NCBI RefSeq assembly: GCF_000014785.1
Contig: NC_008340.1
Span: 30,001 to 62,000, forward strand
DNA from: Alkalilimnicola ehrlichii MLHE-1
Lineage (GTDB): Bacteria > Pseudomonadota > Gammaproteobacteria > Nitrococcales > Halorhodospiraceae
Length of the DNA: 32,000 bases
Reading direction: 5' to 3'
The notes under the pieces were generated by a model. That model was given only the letters and a program-made list of their open reading frames with translations. It was not told the origin of the DNA and searched no databases. The stretch's first letter is position 1; each line of letters starts with the position of its first letter. Made by a program: the position numbers and the translations under genes. Below are positions 9,200 through 17,473 of this stretch, piece by piece.

Positions 9200-9785
9200 C
9201 CAATGCCTTGGAACATCTCGTGCAGGTCGACGGTGGAACGCTCGCCGATGCCAGCGAAGTTCTCGTCCAGCCAGCGTGTCGCGGTGTCGCGGCCCATGTC
9301 ACGCAGCTTGGTGAGAAACGCCCATTCGACGTTCATACACGACGAGGCGCTCAGCGGCTTCAGCTCCCGCCTGGTTTTCGATGATATGCACGCGCACCTA
9401 AGGGTGGTCGTCTGTCGAAAGCTTGCCCTGGCGGATCAAGCGATCGACGAAGTCTATCGAGCCAAGTTCCCTTAGCAGGCTGCCGTTGAAGCTGATCTCG
9501 TTCATCCGGTGCTCAATCTCCTGCGGCGTCCTTGGTGTGCCCTTGCGCTTGATTGGATTGATCTGGATCACCACGACATCGTCGGTGTCGGTCGCGCCAT
9601 GAAAGGGGAACAGAGACGGATTGCCCATGTAGCCACCATCCCAGTACGGCACACCATCGATCTCAATGGCCTGATATGGACAGCCGGCCGTCCTCGAGAA
9701 TGCGGTCCAGCACCGCCCAGGTGAACGCACCATGCGCGCCACCGCCCTGCAGGGCAAGATTCACGGCTTTCAGATTGGTTGTCAT
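9200..9785 (-). pseudogene. Patatin-like phospholipase (NTE/RssA family-like), degraded with internal deletion
   Basis: Minus strand: MTTNLKAVNLALQGGGAHGAFTWAVLDRILEDGRLSI (from 9785), then directly YQAIEIDGVPYWDGGYMGNPSLFPF...INPIKRKGTPRTPQEIEHRMNEISFNGSLLRELGSIDFVDRLIRQGKLSTDDHP*, then VRVHIIENQAG, then frameshifted NVEWAFLTKLRDMGRDTATRWLDENFAGIGERSTVDL. Confidence 0.85.
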
Positions 9786-9861
9786 CGGATTTTAGCTCCT
9801 AAACCAGAGCCCGAGTCTCGCATCATGACGCTTAAGCTACTGACTCTACGCCACAATAGGG

Positions 9862-9880
9862 CGACCCCAGCCTGGGGTCG
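9862..9880. repeat. 19 bp palindrome CGACCCCAG-C-CTGGGGTCG
   Basis: Perfect inverted repeat; possible terminator stem for the flanking minus-strand ORF. Confidence 0.5.
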
Positions 9881-9903
9881 GTACGCTCGCGAACATACCG
9901 AGA

Positions 9904-10152
9904 TCACACACGAATACAGCGCTCTTCCCGCTGCCAGTTCGGCATTGAGGCGTGGACTTCGGGCTGGGCAACTCGATGGCGATTTCCGAGCAGAAAGCCC
10001 AGGCCGGCAGCCGAACCCAACAGCGCCGGGGACGTCATCCGGTCATGGATTCGGTGGCGCAGCATGGCGCCCTGCGCGCCCATCGATCGCTGGCGCTCGG
10101 CGCCATTGATGCGTGCTGCCAGCGATTCGGAGTGGGGTGCGTTGCGGATCAT
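9904..10152 (-). CDS. Possible small protein (82 aa), hypothetical
   Basis: MIRNAPHSESLAARINGAERQRSMGAQGAMLRHRIHDRMTSPALLGSAAGLGFLLG... has an amphipathic N-terminus and hydrophobic helix; no strong RBS. In the ORF track it is fused to an effector-gene fragment. Confidence 0.35.
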   Translation of the reverse strand: MIRNAPHSESLAARINGAERQRSMGAQGAMLRHRIHDRMTSPALLGSAAGLGFLLGNRHRVAQPEVHASMPNWQREERCIRV

Positions 10153-10230
10153 GATGACGTGTCCGTTTCGGGGGTCAGACTGCGCACGGTGGCGGGGAAC
10201 TGCAGATTTGGGCGTTGCTGGCGGATCGCC

Positions 10231-10325
10231 CAGCCACTCAGGAATATTGCCGTCGCCTGCATTGGCAACGTGAGGCGCCAGGTTCAACGACATCAGGCCT
10301 TCGATGGTTCGTGCGGAGAAGAGCG
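10231..10325 (-). repeat. Near-identical duplicate of 15702-15796 (internal effector-gene fragment)
   Basis: Direct comparison: 93 of 95 bases identical, same orientation; encodes FSARTIEGLMSLNLAPHVANAGDGNIPEWL. Confidence 0.95.
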
Positions 10326-11309
10326 ACGCTGGGTGTGGGGATCGAGGGTTTGCGGGGCGTCGGGGTGCAGGCCCTGGTCGCGCTCAATGTCGTAGAGTCG
10401 GGAGGTGGGGCCGTCGGCGCGGCAGCGTTCGCGCACGAGCGGGTGCCACTGGCTGCGGGCGGCGCGGCGCTGGGCCAACTGCCAGACAAAGTCGCGCAGG
10501 ACGAGGGCGGGCAGCATGACGGCCTGGAAGGCGTTGGTGAACCACATGCGGTCGCGGGTCATGATGCCCATGTCGACCAACTCCCGGTGGAGTTCGATGT
10601 CGATCTTGCCCGTGCGATTGCGCTGGGCGAAGCGTTTGCGCACCGCCTGGCGGGTGGATTCGGGGGTGTTTCGGCCCTGCTCGTCGAACCAGGGGCCGTT
10701 TTCCATGTAACAGCGTAGGTACTCCCAGAGCATGGCCTGGGTCTGGGCGGTGTGGCCCATGGGAAGGTTGAGATTGACGGCGATGACCTCGTCGGGCTGC
10801 TGGAAGCGCTGGAGGAGGATCTGCAGGGGGGTGAGCCGGTTGACGCCGGCATGGTGGGTGACCTGGCGGGTTTCCTGCAGCCATGCGACGGCCTCGTCCC
10901 AGGGGGTGTGGTAGAGCTTTTTGCCGTCCTGGAAGTAGACCTCGCGGGTGCGGCGATTGAAGCGCAGGGGCAGGGCCGCGGGCCAGAAGACCTCGAGCAG
11001 GAAGAAGACCAGGGTGACGCCGGCCATGGCTCCATTGACCTGCAAAGCGAATACCGCTCTCTCTCCCCCGTGGAAAAAGTTGGGTGACATCACTACTAGA
11101 CCCATCAGCGTTCCCCATCCCCAAAACCCGGTCCACAGGCCCCTTGAGCTTCCGGTGGTGATATCGAGGTAGTGCTCGGTCTGGTCCTGGACGTCGCCGG
11201 CCTGCATGGGCTGGGCGGCCGCGCGCCGGTCGGGGCGCAGGGTGATGACCTCGTCGGCGAGCCCGATATTGCGGGAGAGATCGGCGAAGAACCGGCGCAG
11301 GTGGTGCAT
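10293..11309 (-). CDS. DUF6708-like membrane protein (paralog b), C-terminus altered by repeat insertion/fusion
   Basis: Two hydrophobic segments; LWEYLRCYMENGPWFDE resembles QWEYIRRFMEEGP in the 480 aa paralog; last ~10 aa (RSSPHEPSKA) are encoded inside the 95 bp duplicated fragment. Confidence 0.7.
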   Translation of the reverse strand: MHHLRRFFADLSRNIGLADEVITLRPDRRAAAQPMQAGDVQDQTEHYLDITTGSSRGLWTGFWGWGTLMGLVVMSPNFFHGGERAVFALQVNGAMAGVTLVFFLLEVFWPAALPLRFNRRTREVYFQDGKKLYHTPWDEAVAWLQETRQVTHHAGVNRLTPLQILLQRFQQPDEVIAVNLNLPMGHTAQTQAMLWEYLRCYMENGPWFDEQGRNTPESTRQAVRKRFAQRNRTGKIDIELHRELVDMGIMTRDRMWFTNAFQAVMLPALVLRDFVWQLAQRRAARSQWHPLVRERCRADGPTSRLYDIERDQGLHPDAPQTLDPHTQRRSSPHEPSKA

Positions 11310-11311
11310 GG

Positions 11312-11827
11312 CTAGTTGATCCGGATGGGAGGCAGGGTGAGATCGGGGAACGGGCGATAGTACAGGGTGCCGGAGAGGGAGCTCAGCCGGTCGCCGTCCC
11401 GGGTGTCGTGGTAGATGAGTCGGTAGACGGGGCCGTCGGGCGCCTCCGCCCCACCGATGTCGAGGTCGAGATCCTTTTCGGTGATGGTCCGGCTGCGTTC
11501 GTCATGCCGGACCAGCCCGGTGCGCCAGCGCTCGGTGGCCTCCAGAGTGAACATGCCCGGGAAGGGCGTGGCGCCGGGGAAGGTGACCAGCAGGACACGG
11601 TAGTGGTGGACATCGCCGGAGCGGGGGTTACGGGCCTGGCGGGCCTCCAGCCGGATGCGCGGCTCGTAGAGCAGCCGGTAGAGGTGGCCGAGTTCCTCGT
11701 CCAGGTCGCCGGCCCAGTCGGCCAGCCGCGGGAGTCGCCCGCGAACGCCGCGTAGGCCGTGCCACGCAGGACGCCATGGCCCGGGGTTGACCGCCCCATC
11801 GATCATCATCCATGAGCCTTGGTCCAT
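11312..11827 (-). CDS. Hypothetical protein (~171 aa) in T6SS effector operon
   Basis: ATG at 11827 preceded by AAGGAG; stop lies 2 nt before the next ORF start. Confidence 0.65.
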   Translation of the reverse strand: MDQGSWMMIDGAVNPGPWRPAWHGLRGVRGRLPRLADWAGDLDEELGHLYRLLYEPRIRLEARQARNPRSGDVHHYRVLLVTFPGATPFPGMFTLEATERWRTGLVRHDERSRTITEKDLDLDIGGAEAPDGPVYRLIYHDTRDGDRLSSLSGTLYYRPFPDLTLPPIRIN

Positions 11828-11925
11828 GGCCTTACTCCTTTGCCGCCGCATACCTTTTACAGGCCAGCTCTGGGCTGGGCAGCCTGGAGCAGCGTAACGG
11901 TTGGTGTCTGGCTCATGGCGCCGGC

Positions 11926-13257
11926 TCAGGCCGCGCTGGCCGCAAATGGCAGTGTGCGATAAGCCGTACCTGGGGAGGGCTCCACCTCGACCCCAAAGCG
12001 TTTCTCGATATTGCCCATCTCGATGAACTTCTCGCCGCGCTGGTAGGCCTGCCGCAGCTTCTCGCCGAGTTCAGTGAGTTCGCGCGAAGGTCGGGCCCAC
12101 TGGTCCCGGGGAAGGGGCCTGGACCATCCCGCCAGCCAGCCCTTGGGCACCGCCTTGGGCAGCACATGCTTCATGCGGTACTCGGTGTACCAGTGGGCGA
12201 AGCGTGCATGATTCCACCACTGCTCGCGCCGAAAGCGCCGCCAGCGGGCCTTGTCGTGGGTGCGTTCGCACTCGGCCTTTTCCCGGGCCACGTAGGCGTC
12301 GTACCACTCGAGGCCCCACTCCCGGGCGGAAGAGGTGATGGCCTCGGGCCCCTCCTCCATGAAGCGGCGGATGTACTCCCACTGGGCCAGCGCGCCCGGG
12401 AGGCCGCCGACCCCGACGATGATGCCGGCCCCGGGCAGGGTATAGCCGGGTCGTTCCGGATCGGGCGGCATCAGAGCGAAGTTCCAGCCGAAGCCGGTGA
12501 CGGCCCCGGCGCTGAGGCTGGGGTTGAACCCGCAGACCGCGATCACGTCCTCCCAGGGCACCAACACGGTCTGGCGCTGTTGGCCGACGAGCTTGCGGCA
12601 GAAGTCATGGAAATAGGGATAGAGAGGCAGGAAGGCCAAGGAGGCGATGTGGATCAGCAGTACCTTGAGAGGGAAGACCGTATCTGGATTCGCCATCCAT
12701 TCGAACACGTCCACAAAAACCATAATTCCGGTCAGCGAGGCAATGACACCCGAAGAAGCCATCAACCACATGTTGGTTGGGTCGGGCAGCCAGAAGCGCC
12801 GCCCGGGGGCATCCACGACGAAGGCCACCTCCCGGCGTTGGCGATGGAGGCGGATGGGGGGGATGCGTCTCAGTACGACATCGGGATAGAGAATGCCGGC
12901 AAAAAGAGGAAACAATATAACCGCGTAAATGCTTCCCAGCCCCCCTGCAACCAACTCCAAGGGCAGTGAGCCCTTGTACACCGCACTCAGGGAGAAAAGG
13001 AGCCCCAGTCCCGAAATTAGCGTCAGGCCGACACTAAAGATATGCCCCGTAATCAGGACGCTATCGAGGCTGGCAGCCTGGCGCAGGTCCATCGTGACCT
13101 CGTCGCGGCGAACGTCGATGTGGGCCACGTCCACGCCATGTTCGCTGTCGGTGGGCAGCGGCAGAGGGCTGAGACAGTACTGCTCGCCGCCGGCGCGGCT
13201 TTCCCGTTCGCCGGCGCGCATAGGGGGTAACGTATCGTCGATGGTTGATCTGGGCAT
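11926..13257 (-). CDS. DUF6708-like multi-pass membrane protein (paralog a), candidate immunity/accessory protein
   Basis: Start MPRSTIDD at 13257; about four hydrophobic segments; VLVPWEDVIAVCGFNPS and QWEYIRRFMEEGPEAI motifs; begins 20 bp after the effector stop. Confidence 0.72.
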   Translation of the reverse strand: MPRSTIDDTLPPMRAGERESRAGGEQYCLSPLPLPTDSEHGVDVAHIDVRRDEVTMDLRQAASLDSVLITGHIFSVGLTLISGLGLLFSLSAVYKGSLPLELVAGGLGSIYAVILFPLFAGILYPDVVLRRIPPIRLHRQRREVAFVVDAPGRRFWLPDPTNMWLMASSGVIASLTGIMVFVDVFEWMANPDTVFPLKVLLIHIASLAFLPLYPYFHDFCRKLVGQQRQTVLVPWEDVIAVCGFNPSLSAGAVTGFGWNFALMPPDPERPGYTLPGAGIIVGVGGLPGALAQWEYIRRFMEEGPEAITSSAREWGLEWYDAYVAREKAECERTHDKARWRRFRREQWWNHARFAHWYTEYRMKHVLPKAVPKGWLAGWSRPLPRDQWARPSRELTELGEKLRQAYQRGEKFIEMGNIEKRFGVEVEPSPGTAYRTLPFAASAA

Positions 13258-13277
13258 GGAGGTCCTGTCCCTTGTTG

Positions 13278-16200
13278 TCACGGCCAGGGCGTCAGGGGCA
13301 TGTCCGGCCAGTTGCCCACTTGGTACCGCGTGAGGAAACGATCGCCGAGGGCGGAGATCTCCCTCCACTCATCGGAGAGCGATGTGCCGCGGCGATGCAA
13401 CTGGAAGACCCGGGTGGTGGATGCTTCGGGGCCCTTCGTGCGGATGACGAGGCGGAACTCGTGGCATTCGGCCAATGTTTCGGGATCGAAATGGTAGTGC
13501 AGGGCATAGCTCGAGCCCTGGTTTTCGAGCTCGGCATGTTCGAGAAAGTCTCGGGTCATTTCCTTGAGGCGAGGGGTGACGCCCCAGAGGCCCAGCGCGA
13601 GGTTTTCCGCATTGGGGGCGTCAAGCCCGGGCAAGCCAATGCGTATGGCGAGGTCGGTGCCTGCCGGCCCGGGCCCCGGGCCGCCATGGGGCTCGGCCTG
13701 CCCCTGCCGTTCCACCGTGAGATCGGTATCGCCAAGTCGGGCCAGTTCCCGCTCGTGGGCCTCGCGATCCCAGCCCTGATCTTCTCGCCCCCAGTGACTG
13801 CGCTGGCACCAGCGCTGCACAGGGCTCAACGAGAAGCGATTGGCCAGCACCTCGCCGATGATCAGCAGGGCGGTGCCAACCGCCACCACCCAGCCGGCGG
13901 GGCCGGCGAATTTCAGCAGCAGCAGTCGCCAGGCGACTGCGGGCTTGCCCAGCATCCTGCCAAGCGCGCTCATGCCGCCGATTAAGAAGCCACCACCGGC
14001 GACTCCGGCCGCACCTGTAAAGGCAACCTGTAAGGCCAGTCGCTCCGCCTGGGTTTCTGATCCCTGCATTCGTTTGTACTGCTTGTAGGTTTCTAAGAGA
14101 CCTGCAAAGCCACCCAGTAGGGCCACGGCCCCCATCGCCCCATTGGCAACCCTTGCCCAGCGCTCCAGTTGCGCGGGGCTTCCGGCGGCGGCGCGGGTCT
14201 CGGCCAAGGCCACCTGCTGAAAGCCCCGCCCCTGGTAGAGGTTGCGATGGCGGGCGTCGATGATCATTTCTCGTATTGCCATGATGCTCGCTGCCGCCCC
14301 TGTCGCGTGAGAGCCCGTCGCGAAGGCGTGCTCCATGAGGCGTTCTTCGCCCCAGGCATCAAGCGTATTGCGCAGGGCCACGCCGGTCATGATCATACCC
14401 AGCATCGACAGGCTCCCATTAACCAGCACCCCCAGGCTCCGACTCGCCGACAGCTCGCCCTGTTCGTCGCGCACCAGGGTGTTCAAGGTGTCGTTCAGGG
14501 TCGCGGCTGGTTGACGGGCAACGGCCCGGTCGGCGGCACGCTCGGCCAGGGCGGCACGGGTGGCGGCCAGGCTCAGGCCGCCGACCTGGACGGCGTGGCC
14601 ATTGGCCTTGTCGACGGGGAAGCTGTGTTCGGCCAGGGCGTCGAATGCCTCGCCCAGCAGGCGCCTGTGCCGGTTGATGTCGGCCTGGCTTTCGCGGATT
14701 TTGCGGGCATTGAACCGGTCGGCGGCCCGGCGATGCGCCTGGCTGGTGCCGCGCCTGGACGCCCGTGCCAACTCGACCTGGCGCTCCTGGTAGAGCTGCT
14801 CGAGCCTGCGCTCAAGGGTTGCCAGGTTGGCCACGGCCGAGTCCGCCTGGTCCAGTGCTTGCTGGATGCGGCCCAGTACGGAGCGGTCGGGGATGGCCCA
14901 GCCGAGCTCGAGCAGCCCCAGACGTTCGGCAAACATCAGCCGTTGCCCATCGGGCAAGCGCGAAGCCAGGGTAGTGATGCGCTGCCCCAGGTCGACATCC
15001 TGTACGTCATCGAGCAACGTCCCGAGCACCGCCTGCCCCAGCAGCTTCTCCTTGATTTGCACTTCGCCCGCGATGGCGGTTCGGGCTTCGTCGGAGAGGC
15101 CCTCGACGCTGCGAAAGCGCAGCCCGGTCTGATGTTCAACCTCGCCCCGCCACTGCTGGTAGCGGCTGAGTGCGCCCTGGGCGCCCATCAGTGCGGACGC
15201 CTGGGTGAGCGCTTTCTGGAGGCCAGTGTTTTGGGAAAGGAATCCCTCCACGAAGGACGCGGTGGGGACGTAATGCATCAGGTGTGCCGGTACCGGGTCG
15301 TCGCCGGCGTAGTAGCTCGACAGGAAGTCCTCCTGCCCGCAGGCCAGCAGGGTCTCGACGGCCTGCTTTTCCAGCAGGCAGGTCAGCAGGATGTGATGCT
15401 CCTCTTCGCGGTCGAGCAGCAGGGCCTGGGTGTGCCAGGTGGGCAGTATGGCGGCCAGGTCGGCCCCGATACGGTGATACTCGCTCTGCCACTGCGCCTG
15501 CATCGGGGTGGCATAGGCCAGGAAGTCTTCCATCGCCTGCCGGCGGATCACGTCGACGATGCCGTTGGGCGCCAGCGCCCCGCCAATGAAGCCCGGGTGG
15601 CCGCCTGAACGGGCAGTGACCTGCTCTATGGCTTCGCGATGCTGCGAATAGAGCTCGGCGAGCGACTCCAGGTCGTTACGCTCGGCATAACTGGCTTCGC
15701 TCAGCCACTCAGGAATATTGCCGTCGCCTGCATTGGCAATGTGAGGCGCCAGGTTCAACGACATCAGGCCTTCGATGGTTCGTGCCGAGAAGAGCGCCAC
15801 CGCGTTCTCGTCGACCCACTGGCCCTGTTGTTCCGCCAGGCAGGCCCACGCCTGGGCGAGGTCCTTGATACGTCCGGCGATATCGTCCACTACCAGGCAG
15901 GCGCTGTCTTGCTGAAAGCCCCCCTGGATAGCCGCCTTGATCTCGGCGGCGCGCGCACGCTGCCACTCGGCGTGTTCGCCTTCCGCGTCGCACCAGGCGT
16001 AGCTGCCCGGGTCGAGCGGGTCGCCGTCCTGCTCGGTCGGGGCGCTGGGGGTCGCGCGGTGTTCGCCATGGTCGTCCGCCAGGACGTCGGCCAGGGCATC
16101 GGGATCGAGCAGGTGAGCGGTACCCGCCCCCGGACAGTAGGCGCCAACGTTGACCCGCGTCATCACCTGATCGCGGAAGGCAGGTTTAAGCAGCATCGAT

Positions 16201-16577
16201 TGGTGCACGGCCGTCAGCGCCAAGGGACTGAACAGCACCTGGATGCTGCCCTCGCGCTCGACGATGATCGCATCGCCGCTGCCATCGGGTTTGACCTCGA
16301 AGACCTGCAGCTCATCGGGCGTTGAGCTGTGTACCAGGTAGAGCCAGCCTTCCCGTACCGGCCGTACGCCACAGCGACGGAAACTGCCGTCATGAACGGG
16401 CCGGAAGCCCGGCGTGCCCGAGGCCCGATCCGCCTCGGGCGCCTCGACCAGGGCATACCGCACCGGGACCAGCTGCAGCTCACCGCGCGTAAGAGGGCAG
16501 AGCCCCTGCTCTTGGCCCGGGTCGTTATCGTTCCGGCTCTCCGCGACGCGGTTGGCGGCTTCCATGTCGGTGCTCAT
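13278..16577 (-). CDS. T6SS effector with VasX-like N-terminal region (BTH_I2691/VasX-type family), probable membrane-active C-terminus
   Basis: N-terminal CPLTRGELQLVPVRYALVEA...VREGWLYLVHSSTPDELQVFEV; C-terminal hydrophobic segments GAMGAVALLGGFAGLLE, VAFTGAAGVAGGGFLIGGMSALG, FAGPAGWVVAVGTALLIIGEVL; encoded directly after DUF4123 and VgrG genes. Confidence 0.85.
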   Translation of the reverse strand: MSTDMEAANRVAESRNDNDPGQEQGLCPLTRGELQLVPVRYALVEAPEADRASGTPGFRPVHDGSFRRCGVRPVREGWLYLVHSSTPDELQVFEVKPDGSGDAIIVEREGSIQVLFSPLALTAVHQSMLLKPAFRDQVMTRVNVGAYCPGAGTAHLLDPDALADVLADDHGEHRATPSAPTEQDGDPLDPGSYAWCDAEGEHAEWQRARAAEIKAAIQGGFQQDSACLVVDDIAGRIKDLAQAWACLAEQQGQWVDENAVALFSARTIEGLMSLNLAPHIANAGDGNIPEWLSEASYAERNDLESLAELYSQHREAIEQVTARSGGHPGFIGGALAPNGIVDVIRRQAMEDFLAYATPMQAQWQSEYHRIGADLAAILPTWHTQALLLDREEEHHILLTCLLEKQAVETLLACGQEDFLSSYYAGDDPVPAHLMHYVPTASFVEGFLSQNTGLQKALTQASALMGAQGALSRYQQWRGEVEHQTGLRFRSVEGLSDEARTAIAGEVQIKEKLLGQAVLGTLLDDVQDVDLGQRITTLASRLPDGQRLMFAERLGLLELGWAIPDRSVLGRIQQALDQADSAVANLATLERRLEQLYQERQVELARASRRGTSQAHRRAADRFNARKIRESQADINRHRRLLGEAFDALAEHSFPVDKANGHAVQVGGLSLAATRAALAERAADRAVARQPAATLNDTLNTLVRDEQGELSASRSLGVLVNGSLSMLGMIMTGVALRNTLDAWGEERLMEHAFATGSHATGAAASIMAIREMIIDARHRNLYQGRGFQQVALAETRAAAGSPAQLERWARVANGAMGAVALLGGFAGLLETYKQYKRMQGSETQAERLALQVAFTGAAGVAGGGFLIGGMSALGRMLGKPAVAWRLLLLKFAGPAGWVVAVGTALLIIGEVLANRFSLSPVQRWCQRSHWGREDQGWDREAHERELARLGDTDLTVERQGQAEPHGGPGPGPAGTDLAIRIGLPGLDAPNAENLALGLWGVTPRLKEMTRDFLEHAELENQGSSYALHYHFDPETLAECHEFRLVIRTKGPEASTTRVFQLHRRGTSLSDEWREISALGDRFLTRYQVGNWPDMPLTPWP
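15702..15796 (-). repeat. Parent copy of the duplicated effector-gene fragment (see 10231-10325)
   Basis: 93/95 identity by eye. Confidence 0.95.
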
Positions 16578-17473
16578 GCCTTGCTCTCCCTGCTCGCTAG
16601 CCGCCGGGCCTCGGTGGCGGCGGCCTTGAGTCGCTCCATGGGGGTGCCGCTGGTCTGGGTGACGTGCCGAGCCAGATCCGGCATGCGCTGTTCATCCAGG
16701 GCCGCCGGACCATAGGCCCCCAGGATGTTGGCCATGTAGTAGTGGGCGCGCCGACCGGTGAAGCCCAGCTCCCGTGTGGTATCGATGACCCGCCGAGCGG
16801 CCATGCCAGCCGTCCCGCATTCGCTGATCAGCGGGCCGTGGGCGAAGAATGCCTGGAGGTGCTGTGCCAGCTCTCCGGCGAAACGCTGCCAGGCGATACG
16901 ACTCAGCGATTCGAGATGTGCTGGCTGCAGCCTGAAGCGCTTCCGGTGCCGTACCGGCTCACCCTGGGTGTTGGTCAGATGGCGCCAGGTGATGCCGTCG
17001 TCTTCGGCTATCGGCAACCATAGCGCGCCGATCACCCCCAGGAGCGGGCTTTGCGAGGGCTCCGGCTCCGCCTCGAGCAGGCAGTGCACGACTTGGGCCG
17101 AGGCCAGCCGTAGTATCTTTTCGCCTTCCAGGGGGTGCTCGACAAACAACAGCCAGCGCAGATGCGCCGCGAGTTCCTCCAGCGAGGCATCGCTGGCCAT
17201 GAGCCAGCCCCAGCTCTCGACCGCGCCCTGTTCCAGGAACCTCTCCCAGACCAGGCTGCCCGGCTCCAGAGCCACCAGGCATGGCGAGAGCTTTCGACAC
17301 GCTTCCAGCGGCGTGTGCAGGTAGAGCGGCTCATAGACGGGTGTATCGAGGTGCTCGTAGAGCCAACGTTCCAGAGGTTCGAGCGCTATGCCGTCGAGCA
17401 GCAGGTAGTGCTTCCCGTCACCGAGGGCAGCCGCCGACGGTGGCGCGCTATTGGGGAGTGCCCCCGTGGTCAT
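16574..17473 (-). CDS. DUF4123 domain protein (T6SS effector adaptor/chaperone)
   Basis: [52 protein letters not shown]...[37 protein letters not shown]-equivalent region; start/stop overlaps with both neighbours. Confidence 0.87.
   Translation of the reverse strand: MTTGALPNSAPPSAAALGDGKHYLLLDGIALEPLERWLYEHLDTPVYEPLYLHTPLEACRKLSPCLVALEPGSLVWERFLEQGAVESWGWLMASDASLEELAAHLRWLLFVEHPLEGEKILRLASAQVVHCLLEAEPEPSQSPLLGVIGALWLPIAEDDGITWRHLTNTQGEPVRHRKRFRLQPAHLESLSRIAWQRFAGELAQHLQAFFAHGPLISECGTAGMAARRVIDTTRELGFTGRRAHYYMANILGAYGPAALDEQRMPDLARHVTQTSGTPMERLKAAATEARRLASRESKA

Noticed and set aside
14169-15608. 479 aa plus-strand ORF
   Set aside because: Opposite the 1099 aa effector, whose N-terminal family motif and operon position are convincing.
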